This document shows positions 39,150 to 51,659 of a stretch of 64,000 nucleotides of DNA, one piece after another (within the stretch, counting starts at the first letter, position 1; every line of letters begins with the position of its first letter). A program made the position numbers and the translations under genes. The DNA comes from Cetorhinus maximus (Eukaryota). The stretch lies in the NCBI RefSeq assembly GCF_964194155.1, contig NC_135885.1, forward strand, positions 111,786,001 to 111,850,000, in the 5' to 3' direction. The notes beneath the pieces are model-generated. The model was not told where the DNA came from and did not search any database. It saw nothing but the letters and a program-made list of their open reading frames with translations.

Positions 39150-39639
39150 TTTGCTGGAATACAGATGACAGTGTCCTTAAGGGTGTAGGCGCAGAAAGCC
39201 TCTAAGAAAGCTTATAAGCCAAAGAGTTCTCCAGAAAACACAGAAAATGCAAATAACTGTAAATAACTTTCACTTAAACTCCTACCTACTCACATAGCCA
39301 TGGCTCTGGTTGACTCTTATCCTGCTCTGGATTGAGTTTCAATTAAAAATGGGATGGCTGCCTGGCCGTGAGGTGTGTGCGCTGACAACAAAATCACACA
39401 GGCCACGTAAAATTTCAATCAATTGCCTTTTTAATGGGCTTAATTTCCCGTTTAATTGTTGGCGGGAGTGCTTCTGATGCCCACATGCACCCGTCGACAG
39501 TAATATGGTGCAATGGCACGATGACGTCGGGATGCATGTCTGACATTTTCTCGTGCGATTTCACACGAGGTTGGGTCGGCCGTGCACCCAATCCTGCAAT
39601 GTAAAATTCTGGCCCTGAGTTAGAATATGCCAAATGACA

Positions 39640-40800
39640 ATTTAACACTGTGAATTGTTTTTAAAATGGCACTGCAGTGAATTAGCAAGTTTAATTAAGT
39701 TTCAAATAATTATCATTTGAATTCACCGGAATTAATGATGATGCTCCAGTGGATTATCAATTTTAATCATACTGCAGTTATTATCATTCACTGAAATTAT
39801 CACTTTTGTCACACTCTAGTGAATTATAATATTTGATCACAATCCAGTGAATTACTATGATCACACTCCAGCGAATAAGTAATCAAACTATAATTTTATT
39901 CACTTTAATTAATTATTGTTTTTATTTACACTTCATTAACTACTGCAATGATTTATTGATTTGAATCAAACTACAACTAATTTTACTAACCACACTTCAA
40001 TGTTTACCAATTTTATTCAATGCAATTAGCATTTTTCATCACTCTACCAAATTATTGATTTTAAAACATTCTAATTACCAATTTAATCACAATGCAATTA
40101 ATTGTTGATTTCAATCATACAATTCATTTTTGTCACATTGTAGCAAGTTATCGATCACAATTACATTATAATTGATTTTAATTTTTAAAAAAGATTTTTA
40201 TGAAGGTGGCATGCTTTCTTTATTGTTAATTTCTTGTTTTTCCCAGTCAGATTTCTTTTTGTCTCTGTCTGTCGAACCTCCAAACCTCAGTCAATTTCAT
40301 TTTTAAGCTAGAAAGTATGTGGCAATGGTAGGGGTGTAATCTCTGTTGGGATAGGCTCATTGTCTCTGCTCATTACATCCCAATGGCAGATTTGCAGAGA
40401 TCAGGGATTCATTACGGTGGGTAACTACTGGCATGAATTCATGTCCTATCATTTTACGACACATCATGGTGCCCCTTCAGGCTATACCATCACTTTACAA
40501 TTCTCATGTTTAATCAGAGTGAAATGAATGTTAAATTATTGTTTAGATTGCAGTTTAATGAAATATAGTTAATATCAAAAGGTGAATTTTATTAATTTTT
40601 ATTGCTATTGTAATGACTTTTCATTTCCAGTGCAATTGGATAATTTTCATGCAATAATATTTAATTTCACTGCTGGGAATTATTCTTTTAATCTAATCAC
40701 AATGAATTGCCCTTCTAATCTCAATGTAATTCATGATTTTCATTTTAAATATACCATACTAAATTTCAGTTTTTATTTTTACTGCAGTGAAAGGGCGATC
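39640..40800. repeat. Old AT-rich degenerate tandem repeat (about 25-30 bp period)
   Basis: Recurrent TTTAATCACACT(C/G)CAGTGAATTAT-like units at 39640-40180 and 40500-40800. Confidence 0.55.
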
Positions 40801-41099
40801 ATCAACAATGCTAGCAAATTAAAATGTGAAAAGAATACACATACAAACTTATTTATTGCTTGGGATGTACTCAAAACACAGGTAACTTACACAAAGGAAT
40901 ATTAGTTTTATAAATAGTTCTGACCCTGCATTTCACTTATTAAACATTACTATAAACTCACAAGCTAGGCTCCTTCAAAACAAATGATTCAAACTCACAA
41001 ATTTCCACCAAAATCTCAGCGATGGAGTGGGAGAAGCTGCAGGAAAATTGCTCCCCCATTTAAATCCTGCACACTCAATTAATAACTGGGGGATAGGGA

Positions 41100-41985
41100 T
41101 TATTTTGGTTGATTAAGATCTAGAACTCTCTTCCCAAAAAGGCTATGAATTCTGGGTTAATTGGAATTTTCAAGAGTAATATCGATGGATTTATGCTTGA
41201 TAAGGGTTTTAAGGCAGATAAGGTACATATCAACCATAATCTAACTAACTGGAAGGACAAGTTGGCCATGGGCTAAATGGCCTACTTAAGGTTCTATGTT
41301 CCCAAGAACTATAAATTAGCAATGGTTAACAAACCATTGAATGTTTTCCATTAATGGATACAATAATTAAAAGGTGTGATTAATACTCATCCATGACTCA
41401 GAGGATCAATACAGTCAATAGTGTGGTTCTGAGCTATATAAACCAAGTTATGCTGAACCCTAAACACTGGTTAGGCATCAGCTGGATTATTGTGTTCGAA
41501 CCTTTAGGAAGGATGTAAAGGCCTTAGGGAAAATGTAGAAGAAGGGCCTTAGTTATGCGGAGAGACTGGAGAAGCTGGAGCTGCTCTCCTTAAAGCAGAG
41601 AAGTTTAAGAGGGCATTTAATAGAGGTGTTCAAAATCATGAACTGTTCTGATCGAGTAAACAGTGAGAAACTATTTCCAGCGACAGAAGGGTCAGTGACC
41701 AAAAGAGACAAGATTAAGGCTATTGACCAAAGAACCAGAGGTTTAATGAGAAAACAGTTTTCTTACTTAACCAGTTGTTGTGATCTGCACCGCCTGAAAG
41801 TGTAGTGAAAGCGGATTCAATAATAACATTCAAAAAGGAATTGGATAACTACTTGTAAGGGAAATATTTGCAGGGCTATGGTGAAAACACGGAAGTGGAA
41901 CTACTTGGATAGCGCTGGCATAGGCATGATAGGCCAAATGGCCTCATTCTGTGCTACAGCATTCTATGGTTCAATGATTCTACGA
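41100..41985 (+). mobile_element. Two CR1 3' fragments (about 41100-41300 and 41410-41985)
   Basis: LYKTLVRHQLDYCV..SYAERLEKLELLSL; CR1 tails. Confidence 0.8.
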
Positions 41986-42139
41986 GCCAAAAAAGCCTAG
42001 ATTTAATCTTTAGTCTGTGCTGATTTAGTGGAACAGTTGTCTCTGCGGAAGATAAAAGGAAATCAGTTGTTGCTTTCAGTCCAATTAATATTTAATGGCC
42101 CCTCACCACTCAAATTTCAAATCTGTGCATAGGATAAAT

Positions 42140-42665
42140 AAATAACTTACATTTACCTCTCAGAAATGTTCCAAAGCATTTTGCACACAGTGAATTATAA
42201 TTCCCCACATATCAGCTGTGACTACACTTCAAAAGTATTTAATTGGCTGCAAAGTGCTTTAGCACATCTTGGTTGTGAAAGGTGCTATATAAATACAGTC
42301 TTTATTTTTTATCACATTGATCAGTAAGCAAATGTGGAACCATTTTTCACACAGCAACATTCTACTTATTGCAGCGAGCCAAATGTCCAAAGAATCTATC
42401 TTTTGTTTTGTTGGTTGAGGGATGAATGTTGGCCAAACCACTGAGGGATTTTTTTACTCTTCTCTGAATAGTGCCATGGAAACTTTAATGTTCATACAAA
42501 CCACCGGTTTCACATCTCCTCTAAAGGACAGCTCTCCATAGATGCAGTACTCCCTTAATACCATGGTAAAGTGGTAACCAAAGACTTGTGTTCAAGTCTT
42601 GAAATGGGCTTTAAATTAAAATTTCTGACTCAGAGGCAAGTGTTCTCAACAAAGCCAAGCTATCA
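42140..42665 (-). mobile_element. Deu-SINE (-) interrupted by a Deu-SINE tail fragment (+, 42200-42310)
   Basis: Homology to 15255-15706 in both orientations. Confidence 0.7.
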
Positions 42666-42786
42666 CTTGTTGATCATGTTCAATGCTGACACTCGCTCTT
42701 TAGACTCATATTTTGAAGACTAGCCACATTTTAAGGCACTAGAGGACACTGTTGTGCTCATGGAATGATGTCCCATCTGAGATATT

Positions 42787-45670
42787 GGGGGGAATCATCC
42801 CAGATTTGCACTAAGTGCAGTAGCAGGTGGGTAAAACGATGTTTTACCCACCGGCCGCAATGGTGGGTTTTCGTACCATATCATTCCAAACCCGCGTTAT
42901 TTATGCATTTCTGGGAAACACGCCATTTCCACGGCAGATGGGCTGTCATTCACCCGTCCACCATCACCTCACCGCTTCATCACGCTGGCCGTCATATTTA
43001 AAGTCCAGCTGCTCGCACAAACCTCAGTGCTTCCAGCCCACGAATACTGCAGGGAAGATGTCCACGAGAAGAAAGAAGACTACAGCCCCCAGGTTTAGTG
43101 ACGTGCCACTGGAACGCCTTTTGGATGCCTTGGAGGCCCGCTGCAATGTCCTCCACTCCCGCTCTGGCCACAGGATGGGCAGCGACGTTATCAACCAGGC
43201 TTGGGGGGGCGGTGGCAGCGGTGGTCAGCACCAATGCCCTGCAAATGAGGACGGCCACCCAGTGCAGGAAGAGGATGAATGGTCTCATCCATTCCACCAG
43301 GGTAACTTACTCTTCTCATCACTCTCAACTCACACACTCACAAACCCATCACACATCCACAGGGATCTCACACCTCAAGGTGTGATCACCAACTAACTCT
43401 CACACACACCCTCATATCCCCATCAGGTACATATCCTCTGGAGCTCACATCCTCATTCTTGTCCATGGCGCCGCTCACCACACAAACATTCCACAGAGTG
43501 CCATGTGTCCTGCTCACACTCTCTCCATCTGTTTTCATGCAGGAGAAGCCTGCTCACATCAGCAGGGAGAGCTCCCAGACTGGGAGTGGCCCATATTAGG
43601 CCTCTCAATCACTTTGAGGAGCATGCCATTGTGCTGACTGGTGAGGACGTGGACCCTGCCTGTGGTGACAGTGAGGTCGGTGGTGAACAGCCACCTGAGG
43701 ATCCAGCACCACATCATCCCTCTCTCAATGCAAATGTGAGTGCTCTCTCTCTCCTGCTTTTGACTCTGCTGCCATGCACTACTTATTTCTACTTCGGTTC
43801 ACGGGGATTTTTGCCAAAGGACCAACACCCTCAGCCAGCCATTCCTCAGCTCCATCCACATCCTCACCTGCAGCCAAGAGGACTCCTCCTCCAGTGAAGA
43901 GGTGGAAATAAGCAGCCCGGAAGCCCCATCACCGCAGAGGGAGCAGCCAGCCCAAGAGTGATTCTGGACAGAAAAGTATATGTGCGGCAGGGTCTTTTGG
44001 AGCCTCGAGCAAACACTCTCCCACGCACGTGGATCCTCCACGTCTCTCACTCATTTCAACGTCCTGAGCATTTTCAATGCTGCGTGCTGGGGTTCACTTT
44101 CAGTTGTCCATCTGAGCTGATCTGCATCTCCGCCCACCCACTGATCACACTCCCATGCAGCACAAGATCTCACCCACCGCAACTCTTGTTTCACTTTCGA
44201 TTTAGTAAGCATGGTCTGGTTTCACTGCATTGTGCACTCCACCGTCTTTTACCCTCCCTCGTTCACACATTTCCTCTGCCCCATCACAGTTGACTCCCCC
44301 TCAGCATCATCTTCCATTACCTACCAGCCACAACGCTTTACTTTTGGGGGTGTCCAGGTTCCCTTCCTTCCCAAAAATCCCACCCCCATCCACATTCACC
44401 TCCCCAATCTCCTCCTTCACACCCCCAGAGTCCGTGTCTGTCTCCAGGTCCCCACCAACCACCCTACTGCCTCATTCCGCCTTCAGTCATTCTCACCCTT
44501 CCTCCGTACCACGCCCACCCTCAGTTTGCTCCCCAGGAGGCAGACATGGACCTATCCAACCCCTCCCATGCACGTTCACCTGCACATTCTCCCCTCCGCA
44601 TCCCTTCCCCCCTCCGCATCCCTTACCCCCCACCAGTTCTCCCACCCCTCTGGACTCCTCCACCCCCTCCACCCCCCCCCCCCCCCCCCCCCGGCTTAGT
44701 CCCTCCCCCTTGCCAACTCCTTCCTCCAGCCTTACTTCTTTCTCCAGCCTCACTTCTTCCTCCAGCATTACTTCTTCCTCCCGCCTTACTCCTACCTACG
44801 TCGTGACTCCTTCCTCCATTCTTACTTCTTCGTTCACCCTTACTCCCTCCCCTCTCCACACCCCTTCCTCCTCCCAGACACCCTCCCCTCTCCGCACTCC
44901 TTCCTTTGCACCTTCCACCCCCCTTACACCTACCTCTCCAGTTGCCGTCTTCTCCCCCGTTACCCCCTCCTCCCCCATTCTCCCTCCTGCCAGCCTCTGC
45001 CCTGACACCTTCATTACCCCCCAACCCCATCCTATCCTGACACCTTCATTCCCCCCTCCCAAACTGGACCCATCCTGACACCTTCATTACCCCCTTCCAA
45101 TCTCATCCCCCTGACACCTCTTCCTCTCCCAGCCAATCCTAGCTCTTCCTCCCTCACCCTCTCGACCATCATCCATTGTGAGCATCAATGGTGACTACCC
45201 AACTTCCATGTGCTGCTTTGCAGCAGAACCATGTCCTTGAGAATCCACCCAGCAAGCCATGGATATTCCTCCAGTATGCCATTGGTGTCGGGTTCCAGCA
45301 TTTTCTGCTCCTCGGATGCCTGCGATGTGAGCAAAGCCCTGCCGGGTAAGTCCCGACTTTTGCACATCACAGTTGTCAAGAGGTGTTCTACCCAACGTGC
45401 TTTCCTGTCGACGTGGGCGGATGATCCAGCGGTGGGGGGTGGTGGGCAGCGAGGGTGGGGGAACGATTTTGATGGACAGGCCTAGTAATGCTATGTTGAT
45501 GTATTACAATGAGGTTCCCGATGTTTGAAGGTGGAGAATGCAGCCTGCCATCAACAGGCTGAGCAGATGATCACAAATTGGTTTCAAGCTATCATGAAAC
45601 TGATCGTGCCATATTGTCCCCTCATGCCACTGAACACGCCCAACGCCGGTGGACACAGTAAATCCCTGCT
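42787..45670 (+). mobile_element. Harbinger element with a Myb/SANT pseudogene
   Basis: TSD ATT on both sides; ATG 43058 MSTRRKKTTAPRFSDVPLERLLDALEAR..TATQCRKRMNGLIHSTR|GTAAC (donor 43302); exon 2 from 43543. Confidence 0.88.
44380..45180. repeat. Pyrimidine-rich low-complexity tract: poly-C, roughly 18-bp tandem units, CCTGACACCTTC repeats
   Basis: Seen directly; lies inside the Harbinger element. Confidence 0.85.
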
Positions 45671-46967
45671 ATTGTGTTTAGAAGACAAAAGAATACTGGG
45701 GAGGGATTGTAAATGAATACACAGCCAGGAGAAAGCAATACCCTTGAGTCAGACACTTTCTTAGGGTAACAGGCAGACCCTAAAAAAAACCACCGAGCCT
45801 CTGAATTCAAGACAAAACATAGTGGCAGCGGACAAAGTGCAAGGATGCAGAAAAACTCCAAGAGAAGACTACAGATCTGAAAGAACAATAAATCCTTGAA
45901 AAAAGGACAAGAAGAAAAATGATTGAAGACTCACCTGAGAACGGAGCATTGTGGGTGCTGCAGATGCAAACAGAGACACAGACCTGGCGTCCAGATGGCA
46001 GTAAGTATAGATTACAAACTACATGCCAAACTATGGATGCAGCAACTGATCCAGAGCTAAGGATAAGCATGGACTCTATATTTGCACTCCCAGAACCATT
46101 CAAAAGCACTGGAGGCTTGCAACAGTCTCAACATTAGGTTATTTGGAGTAAGTGATTCTCCAGATATAGAACAGATTCAGGTTTACATAAGAAGGACCAG
46201 GGGGATTAGGTCAGTACTTTGCTCTATGCAGTAGGGGCCAAAGCAGAAGATGTTATTGCAAGACATATATGAGCACATATGAGGAAGTTCTCCAGGCATT
46301 CAATTTGTACTTAAGCATTCAAAATTTTGATCATTGAGTGAGCAAAATGTAATAAGAGGCAAAAACTGGGAAAATCATTTATAAGTGACTTGTACAGGTT
46401 TGTGGAGAATTTTGACTATGAGATCCTCAGAGGTTAATTAATGCCGGCTGAGGTCATAGATGAAACCCTATCAGATCTTTTACAAATGAGGGAAGATTTA
46501 ACTCTCAGAAAGACAGTACAAATAAACTGACAGACAGAGCTTAGGAAGCAAAACAGAAAGGCTGTTCATGGGGAAAATGATGTCCTTTGGAAAAGCAAGT
46601 TGTGAGGAGGATACATAGAGAGAAAGATAGGTTAAATGAGTGGTCAACAATTTGGTGGATGAAATATAACGGGGGGAAATGTGAGCTTATCCACTTTGGT
46701 AGAAAGAATAGAAAAGCAGAATATTATTTAAATGAAGATAGACTACAGAATGCTGCAGTAGGGAGGGATCATTGCATATTAATCACAAAGCATTAGAATG
46801 CAGGTACAGCAAACAATTAGGAAGGCAAATGAAATGCTGGCATTTAATGCAGGGGGGATGGAGTATAAAATTAGGGAAGTCTTGCAACAAATGTACAGGA
46901 CATCGGTGAGACCAGCCTTGAGTACTGCATACAGTTTTGTTCTCCTGATTTAAGGAGGGATATACTT

Positions 46968-49900
46968 TGTTACAGTTATGAGGTTTATAAGATTGTTATG
47001 TTTTGGAACTTGGGATAAAATGAAAGGGTTCATGTGACCTATTCTACCTAACAACAGGCCTGGGTAATGCGGTTGCTAAAAATTCAAGGGAGACCTGGGT
47101 TGTTTTGTTGGAAAGCAAGTGTAAGGTGTTCATGCTGGGAGACAATGGCAGGATATCTGTGTTTACAATGGTTAGACTGCTAGCTCGAATCTTCCTTTGG
47201 GCTCTGGGAAACCCGACTTGTTCACTTTCATGGCTTGCAAACACCACACCTGATCCATGTGTGACTTCACACATCATTTTTCTCTTATCACACTGTGGCG
47301 GGGTTCACAGTGCAAGCTGTCCTGGAGTGTGTGAGGAGTGTGGGTGCAGAGGCCGGCCGGTTAGAAGGCCCACCTTAGTTCTCTAACATAGTATCACAGC
47401 ACCCAACAGTGTTTAAAGGCCTCCTAAACTTCACATCTCACCTCCCTCACCCCACATACCACCCATGCCAAGCAATGTCCCCTGAGATAACCCATGTCAC
47501 TCCATACGACCTCTATGTCCCCATATATCTCCATGCCCCCACAGATCACCCATGTCATCTCTATGCCCCCATGTATCCTCCACAGCCACTTACCCAGTAT
47601 GCACTTGGTCAGAAGTCCAGAATAAACCTCTTACCATTTAATAAAAGCCTCCATATTATTGATACTGAGAAAAGGAATGCATTCTGCCATGTGAAAAAAA
47701 CTTGTAATACTCATAATCCCATTAGATCATGTCAACAAATGAGAATTTCCATACACGCTGGCAGCAGATGCGCTTGGAGGTGTGAGTGGACAAAATGGCG
47801 GGAAGGCCAAAAATTGTTTTCACGCCGTCGAGAAATACGTTTGCAACCATCCTCTCCGCCCGTCAATGGTGGACCATGTTTCCCGCCACTGCACATCAGG
47901 AACTTCATTGTAATATATCTGCATAAGCTTAGCTTGCTGGAATCATCCCCCCACACTGGATCATCCGAGCACGTTGGTGCGATTGCATGCTGACGTGTTT
48001 CACAATTGAACGTAAGCGACATGCACTTGGCAAGTTGCACTTTGGTTGGGCCTTTGAGGTTTGTTTGCCTACGTTGCTTCGGGCAGCACTCATGGTCATC
48101 AGCGCTGGCCTTCACAGACACCACCACATCACTTTTAGGGGGGCTCACGGGTAGGTCTCTACCTGCCAGATCTGCCATAAGGCAGGGGTGGCTTTTCAAT
48201 GGCTGTAGGGGAAGGGGGAAAATTGGCCTCAGGAAAGGGAAGAGGCTGCAGAGCTAGGGCATTACTGGGGAATGGGGATATCCCAGGATTTGTGTTGGTC
48301 TGTGCAAGTTGGCTCAAGAAGGTGAGAGGTGAGGAGGCAATCTCCAGAGGAGATGAAGCCAGATAGAGATGTGACGGTTGGTGTGAGAAAGTGAGTGGTG
48401 GTGTCCCTTGAGCTGGCAGTGAGTGAGATGCCAGTAAATATGTGATTGGCTTCTCAGTGTGTGAGTTTAGTGTGATGAGATGGTTGCCTTATGCTGGCAG
48501 CACAGATGAGATCATTCGCCCTCTTTCTGCACTGGATGGCTGACGTCTTCTTTGCAGTGTTGGCACTGACCTCCTATGCCACTGCTTCTCATGCTGGAGT
48601 GGTGACGCTGATGGGCCTCCTGCAGCCAGAGTGCTGGGGTAGAGGACATCACAGCAGGCTCCAATGGTGTCCAGAAGGCATCCCAGGGATGCGTCTTTGA
48701 TTCGGAGGGCTGCAGTCTTCTTGCCTTTCATAGACTATGTCTTCTGTGCAGCAGCCCTGGGCTGGAAACACTGAGAGGTGTGTGCGCGGCTGCACTTTAC
48801 ATATGGCGCCTGGCGTGAGGAAACGTGACAGCATGGTGGGCAAATGAGAGCCCACTCACCATCGAAACAGAGTGTTTCCCGGGAATGCATGATTAATGAT
48901 GCGGGATTGGGACAATGCAACGTGAAAAGCCGCCATTGCAACCAGAGAGTAAAATGTTGTTTTTCCCGCCCACTACCACACTTAATGCAAATATGGGACA
49001 ATTCTGCCTTACATCAAAGGGTCAATCTGCTATTACAACTTCTTGAAATTGTCATTCATTCTCAGGTGAATGGAACACCTACTGTGCTGAAACCCATTAG
49101 CACTTAAACTCAGCCAAGCATTGATAATGGTCACAGCTCTCCAAATTATAGACTTCTCCCTGGGAAGGAAAGAACAGAAGGTATTCATTTGAATTTCAAA
49201 ATTCCCATCAATGTAAGTGAGTGGGTAGTTAGATTTTTTTCGAGTGTCAAAACCATTTTTAAAAAATCATCCAGAGCCATTTAAATCACAGTAGAAAAGA
49301 TGGCAGCAAGGCTGATAGGATATTTTGCAACATTTTTCACTGCATTATGGTGCTTTCACCATTAGAAAAACATTGTAATGTATATGAACAAATGCACAAG
49401 ACTGGTCAATGTAAGGGTCAACTTACTTTTAAAGGACAAATCCTTATTATGAATCACTGCATTAAAAACACAACTACATTGCATTATAGCATCTAATGGT
49501 GCCATTTGAAGATGTGAAAACACTTTACATTTACCTTGCAGAATGTTCCAGACTCCTCAGCAGGCTTCCATTTTCTTTATGAACTCTCAAACCTGGCATG
49601 CTTTTAATGGATTTCTAAAATCCCATACTGCCAGATGAAAATGGTGTATAGTAGGAAATCAGATTTTTTGTCCCCCACTTTAAATGGGGAACCCGACCTC
49701 AGTGGGGCTTCGTGCATTTTTCAAACTAGGGGTGGAATTTTATCACTGGCACACCATTCTTGATGGCAGACCCAGAAGTGCGCACACTTCTTGCTTTTTA
49801 CTATTTCCCAGGTAATTGGAATTAAATTTTAAAATGCCAGTGATGTGCATGGGAGGCATGTGTGATTCCACTGTGGGGAAGATTTTCAGTGGTGAAACCC

Positions 49901-50960
49901 ATCATTAGCTGATAATGCTGCAGCTAAGGGTGGGCTATAAAAGAGCCTCCTGGTCAAACAGTGATGCTCTGCATTACGCCAAAACTTTCCTGCCCAACTC
50001 CATTTCCATTACCATAAAACCTGAGAACACAAAGGTGATTTTTTTTCAAATTTTGCATCGCACCTAAGTCAATCACCTTGCATGCCACTTATCACACTCT
50101 TGAGGGCTCCATAAAATTAAACCTTTCCCTGTTGTTCCTGACCCATAAAATGGCCAGGGTCTGGAATTTGGAGGAAAATCAGATTTCCACCCAAAAGATA
50201 CTAAATGTTGTCATTCACACATCGAAACACACCTCTGGCCCCGAGTCTCCAAAATTCAAGAAAGGTGTTGAGAATGTCAAAATGTAAGCATTTAAACTTT
50301 CAGTTACTTCCAAGATAAAAGAAAGTTGGGGTCTCAAGGATAGCTAATCAGCATTTCTACCTGGATACAAGGCCCATGTGATTCATTCTGTCATGGAGTT
50401 GGGCTTTGAGAGGGGGAGGGTTTCTAAGATATCGATGAAAACTCACAGACACAGGCAGTCTGCTAGGATCCAGGAGAGAGAGAGAGAGAGAGTAGCTAGA
50501 TGCTGAAAGTCTCTTTGGTTCACCATGCAGGAGTTCAGGTGGGAGCTCATTCTCAGATTCAAAAGACTAAATTTGAGAGGTTTTGAAACAAGACTGGAAG
50601 ATTCACCTACCTTGCGTTAGAGGGAGAATCTCTAGGAAAACCTTCACCATGAAAGACAGTTCTGGGTTTAAAGGTTACCAGGCTGGGAAATGAAAGGAAT
50701 AGAAGTAAACCCTTGAGAGCTAAGAATCACTTTGGACTGGGCCCAGGAAAAATGAATGACTTAAGAGATAGTGTAAAATAAACCTGTGAAGTGGATTTTT
50801 CAGTTGTGTTAAAAGTAAAAGGGGAAAGTTCTGTTCTGCAGTTTAAAGTATAAATTGCCTACAATAGCGTTTAGTCATACGTGCTTTTAGGCTGTGTATT
50901 ATAGTGAAAGTCTTAAAACATGAAATCTTGTGTCATTTTTCAGCTATCAACTGGAAGTTT
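46968..50960 (+). mobile_element. LTR-like element (about 46968-47260 plus 50220-50960) with nested inserts
   Basis: Starts TGTTAC at the CR1 break; LTR-like composition; 3' end truncated. Internal boundaries are approximate. Confidence 0.55.
47738..49009 (-). mobile_element. Harbinger deletion derivative retaining Myb exon 1
   Basis: TIR AGGCAGAATTGTCCC at 49009; ORF 48489-48731 MKGKKTAALRIKDASLGCLLD; other end homologous to 45400-45670 and 56230-56498. Confidence 0.82.
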
Positions 50961-51335
50961 GCATTGGGGGAAATTCAGAGGAAGCTCACTTGGTTAATTC
51001 CTGGGATGAAGGGTGGTCTTATGAGGAAAGGGTGAGCAGGTTGGGCCTATACTCATTGGAATTTAGGAGTATGAAAGGAGATCTTATTGAAACATACAAT
51101 TCTGAGGGGGCTTGACAGGGTAGATACTGTGAGGTTGTTATCTTCATGAGGAGGAATTTCTTCTCTTTCTTCAATCTTTGGAATTCTCTACCCCAGAAAA
51201 CAGTGGAGGCTGGGTCATTGAATATATTCAAGACTGAGTTAGACAGATTTTTGATATACAAGTGAGCCAAAGGTTCTGGGGAGGGGCAGGCAGGAAAATG
51301 AAATTAAAACCAGAATCAGGTTAACCATAATATAA

Positions 51336-51487
51336 GAGCAAAATACTGCAGATGCTGGAAATCTGAAATAAAAACAGAAAATGTTGGAAAAACTCAGCAG
51401 GTCTGGCAGCATCTCTCTGTTTCTCTCTCCACAGATGCTGCCAGACATCCCGCATTTTTCCAGCATTTTCTGTTTTTATATCAGATT
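51336..51487. repeat. Inverted pair of Penelope-like tails (hairpin)
   Basis: Arms about 51360-51414 and 51433-51487 are near reverse complements. Confidence 0.85.
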
Positions 51488-51659
51488 GACCTTGATCATA
51501 TTGAATGGTGGTGCAAGCTCACGGGACCAAATGGCCTATTCCTGCTCTGGTTCTTAAGCTCTCACAATCTGTCTGCTTATGGTCTCAGCCACTTTGATCC
51601 AGGCCTGCTTGATCTGGGAGGGTAGCCTTTTCTTGCAACCCACTGAACACAACCCAAAA

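Larger units (their letters stand above)
36988..39614 (+). mobile_element. Harbinger element with both TIRs, a Myb/SANT gene (+) and a transposase N-terminal stub (-)
   Basis: TIR GGCCTGAATTTT/GGCCAGAATTTT; flanks ATG/CTG; exon 1 APWFSDECMGTLMEAV..AWTEVAAQV..FNNLLCSAR|GTGAG (donor 37553); exon 2 EKRTHNVMEHAQTGGG..|GTAAG (donor 38591). Confidence 0.85.
42750..46585 (+). mobile_element. Gypsy 5' remnant (LTR, PBS, gag) with the LTR split by a Harbinger
   Basis: LTR TGTTG (42750) ... AACA (45819); PBS-like TAGTGGCAGCGG (45820-45831); gag from 46069 (FALPEPF..QVSTLLYAVGAKAEDVI..FISDLY). Confidence 0.75.
46590..51560 (+). mobile_element. CR1 3' fragment split by a 4-kb composite insertion
   Basis: ...GGATATACTT (46967) resumes exactly as GCATTGG.. 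(50961), encoding DIL|ALG. Confidence 0.85.

Noticed and set aside
44230-45078. 282-aa Pro/Ser/Thr-rich ORF (mucin/extensin-like)
   Set aside because: Arises from C/T-rich low-complexity DNA inside a Harbinger element.
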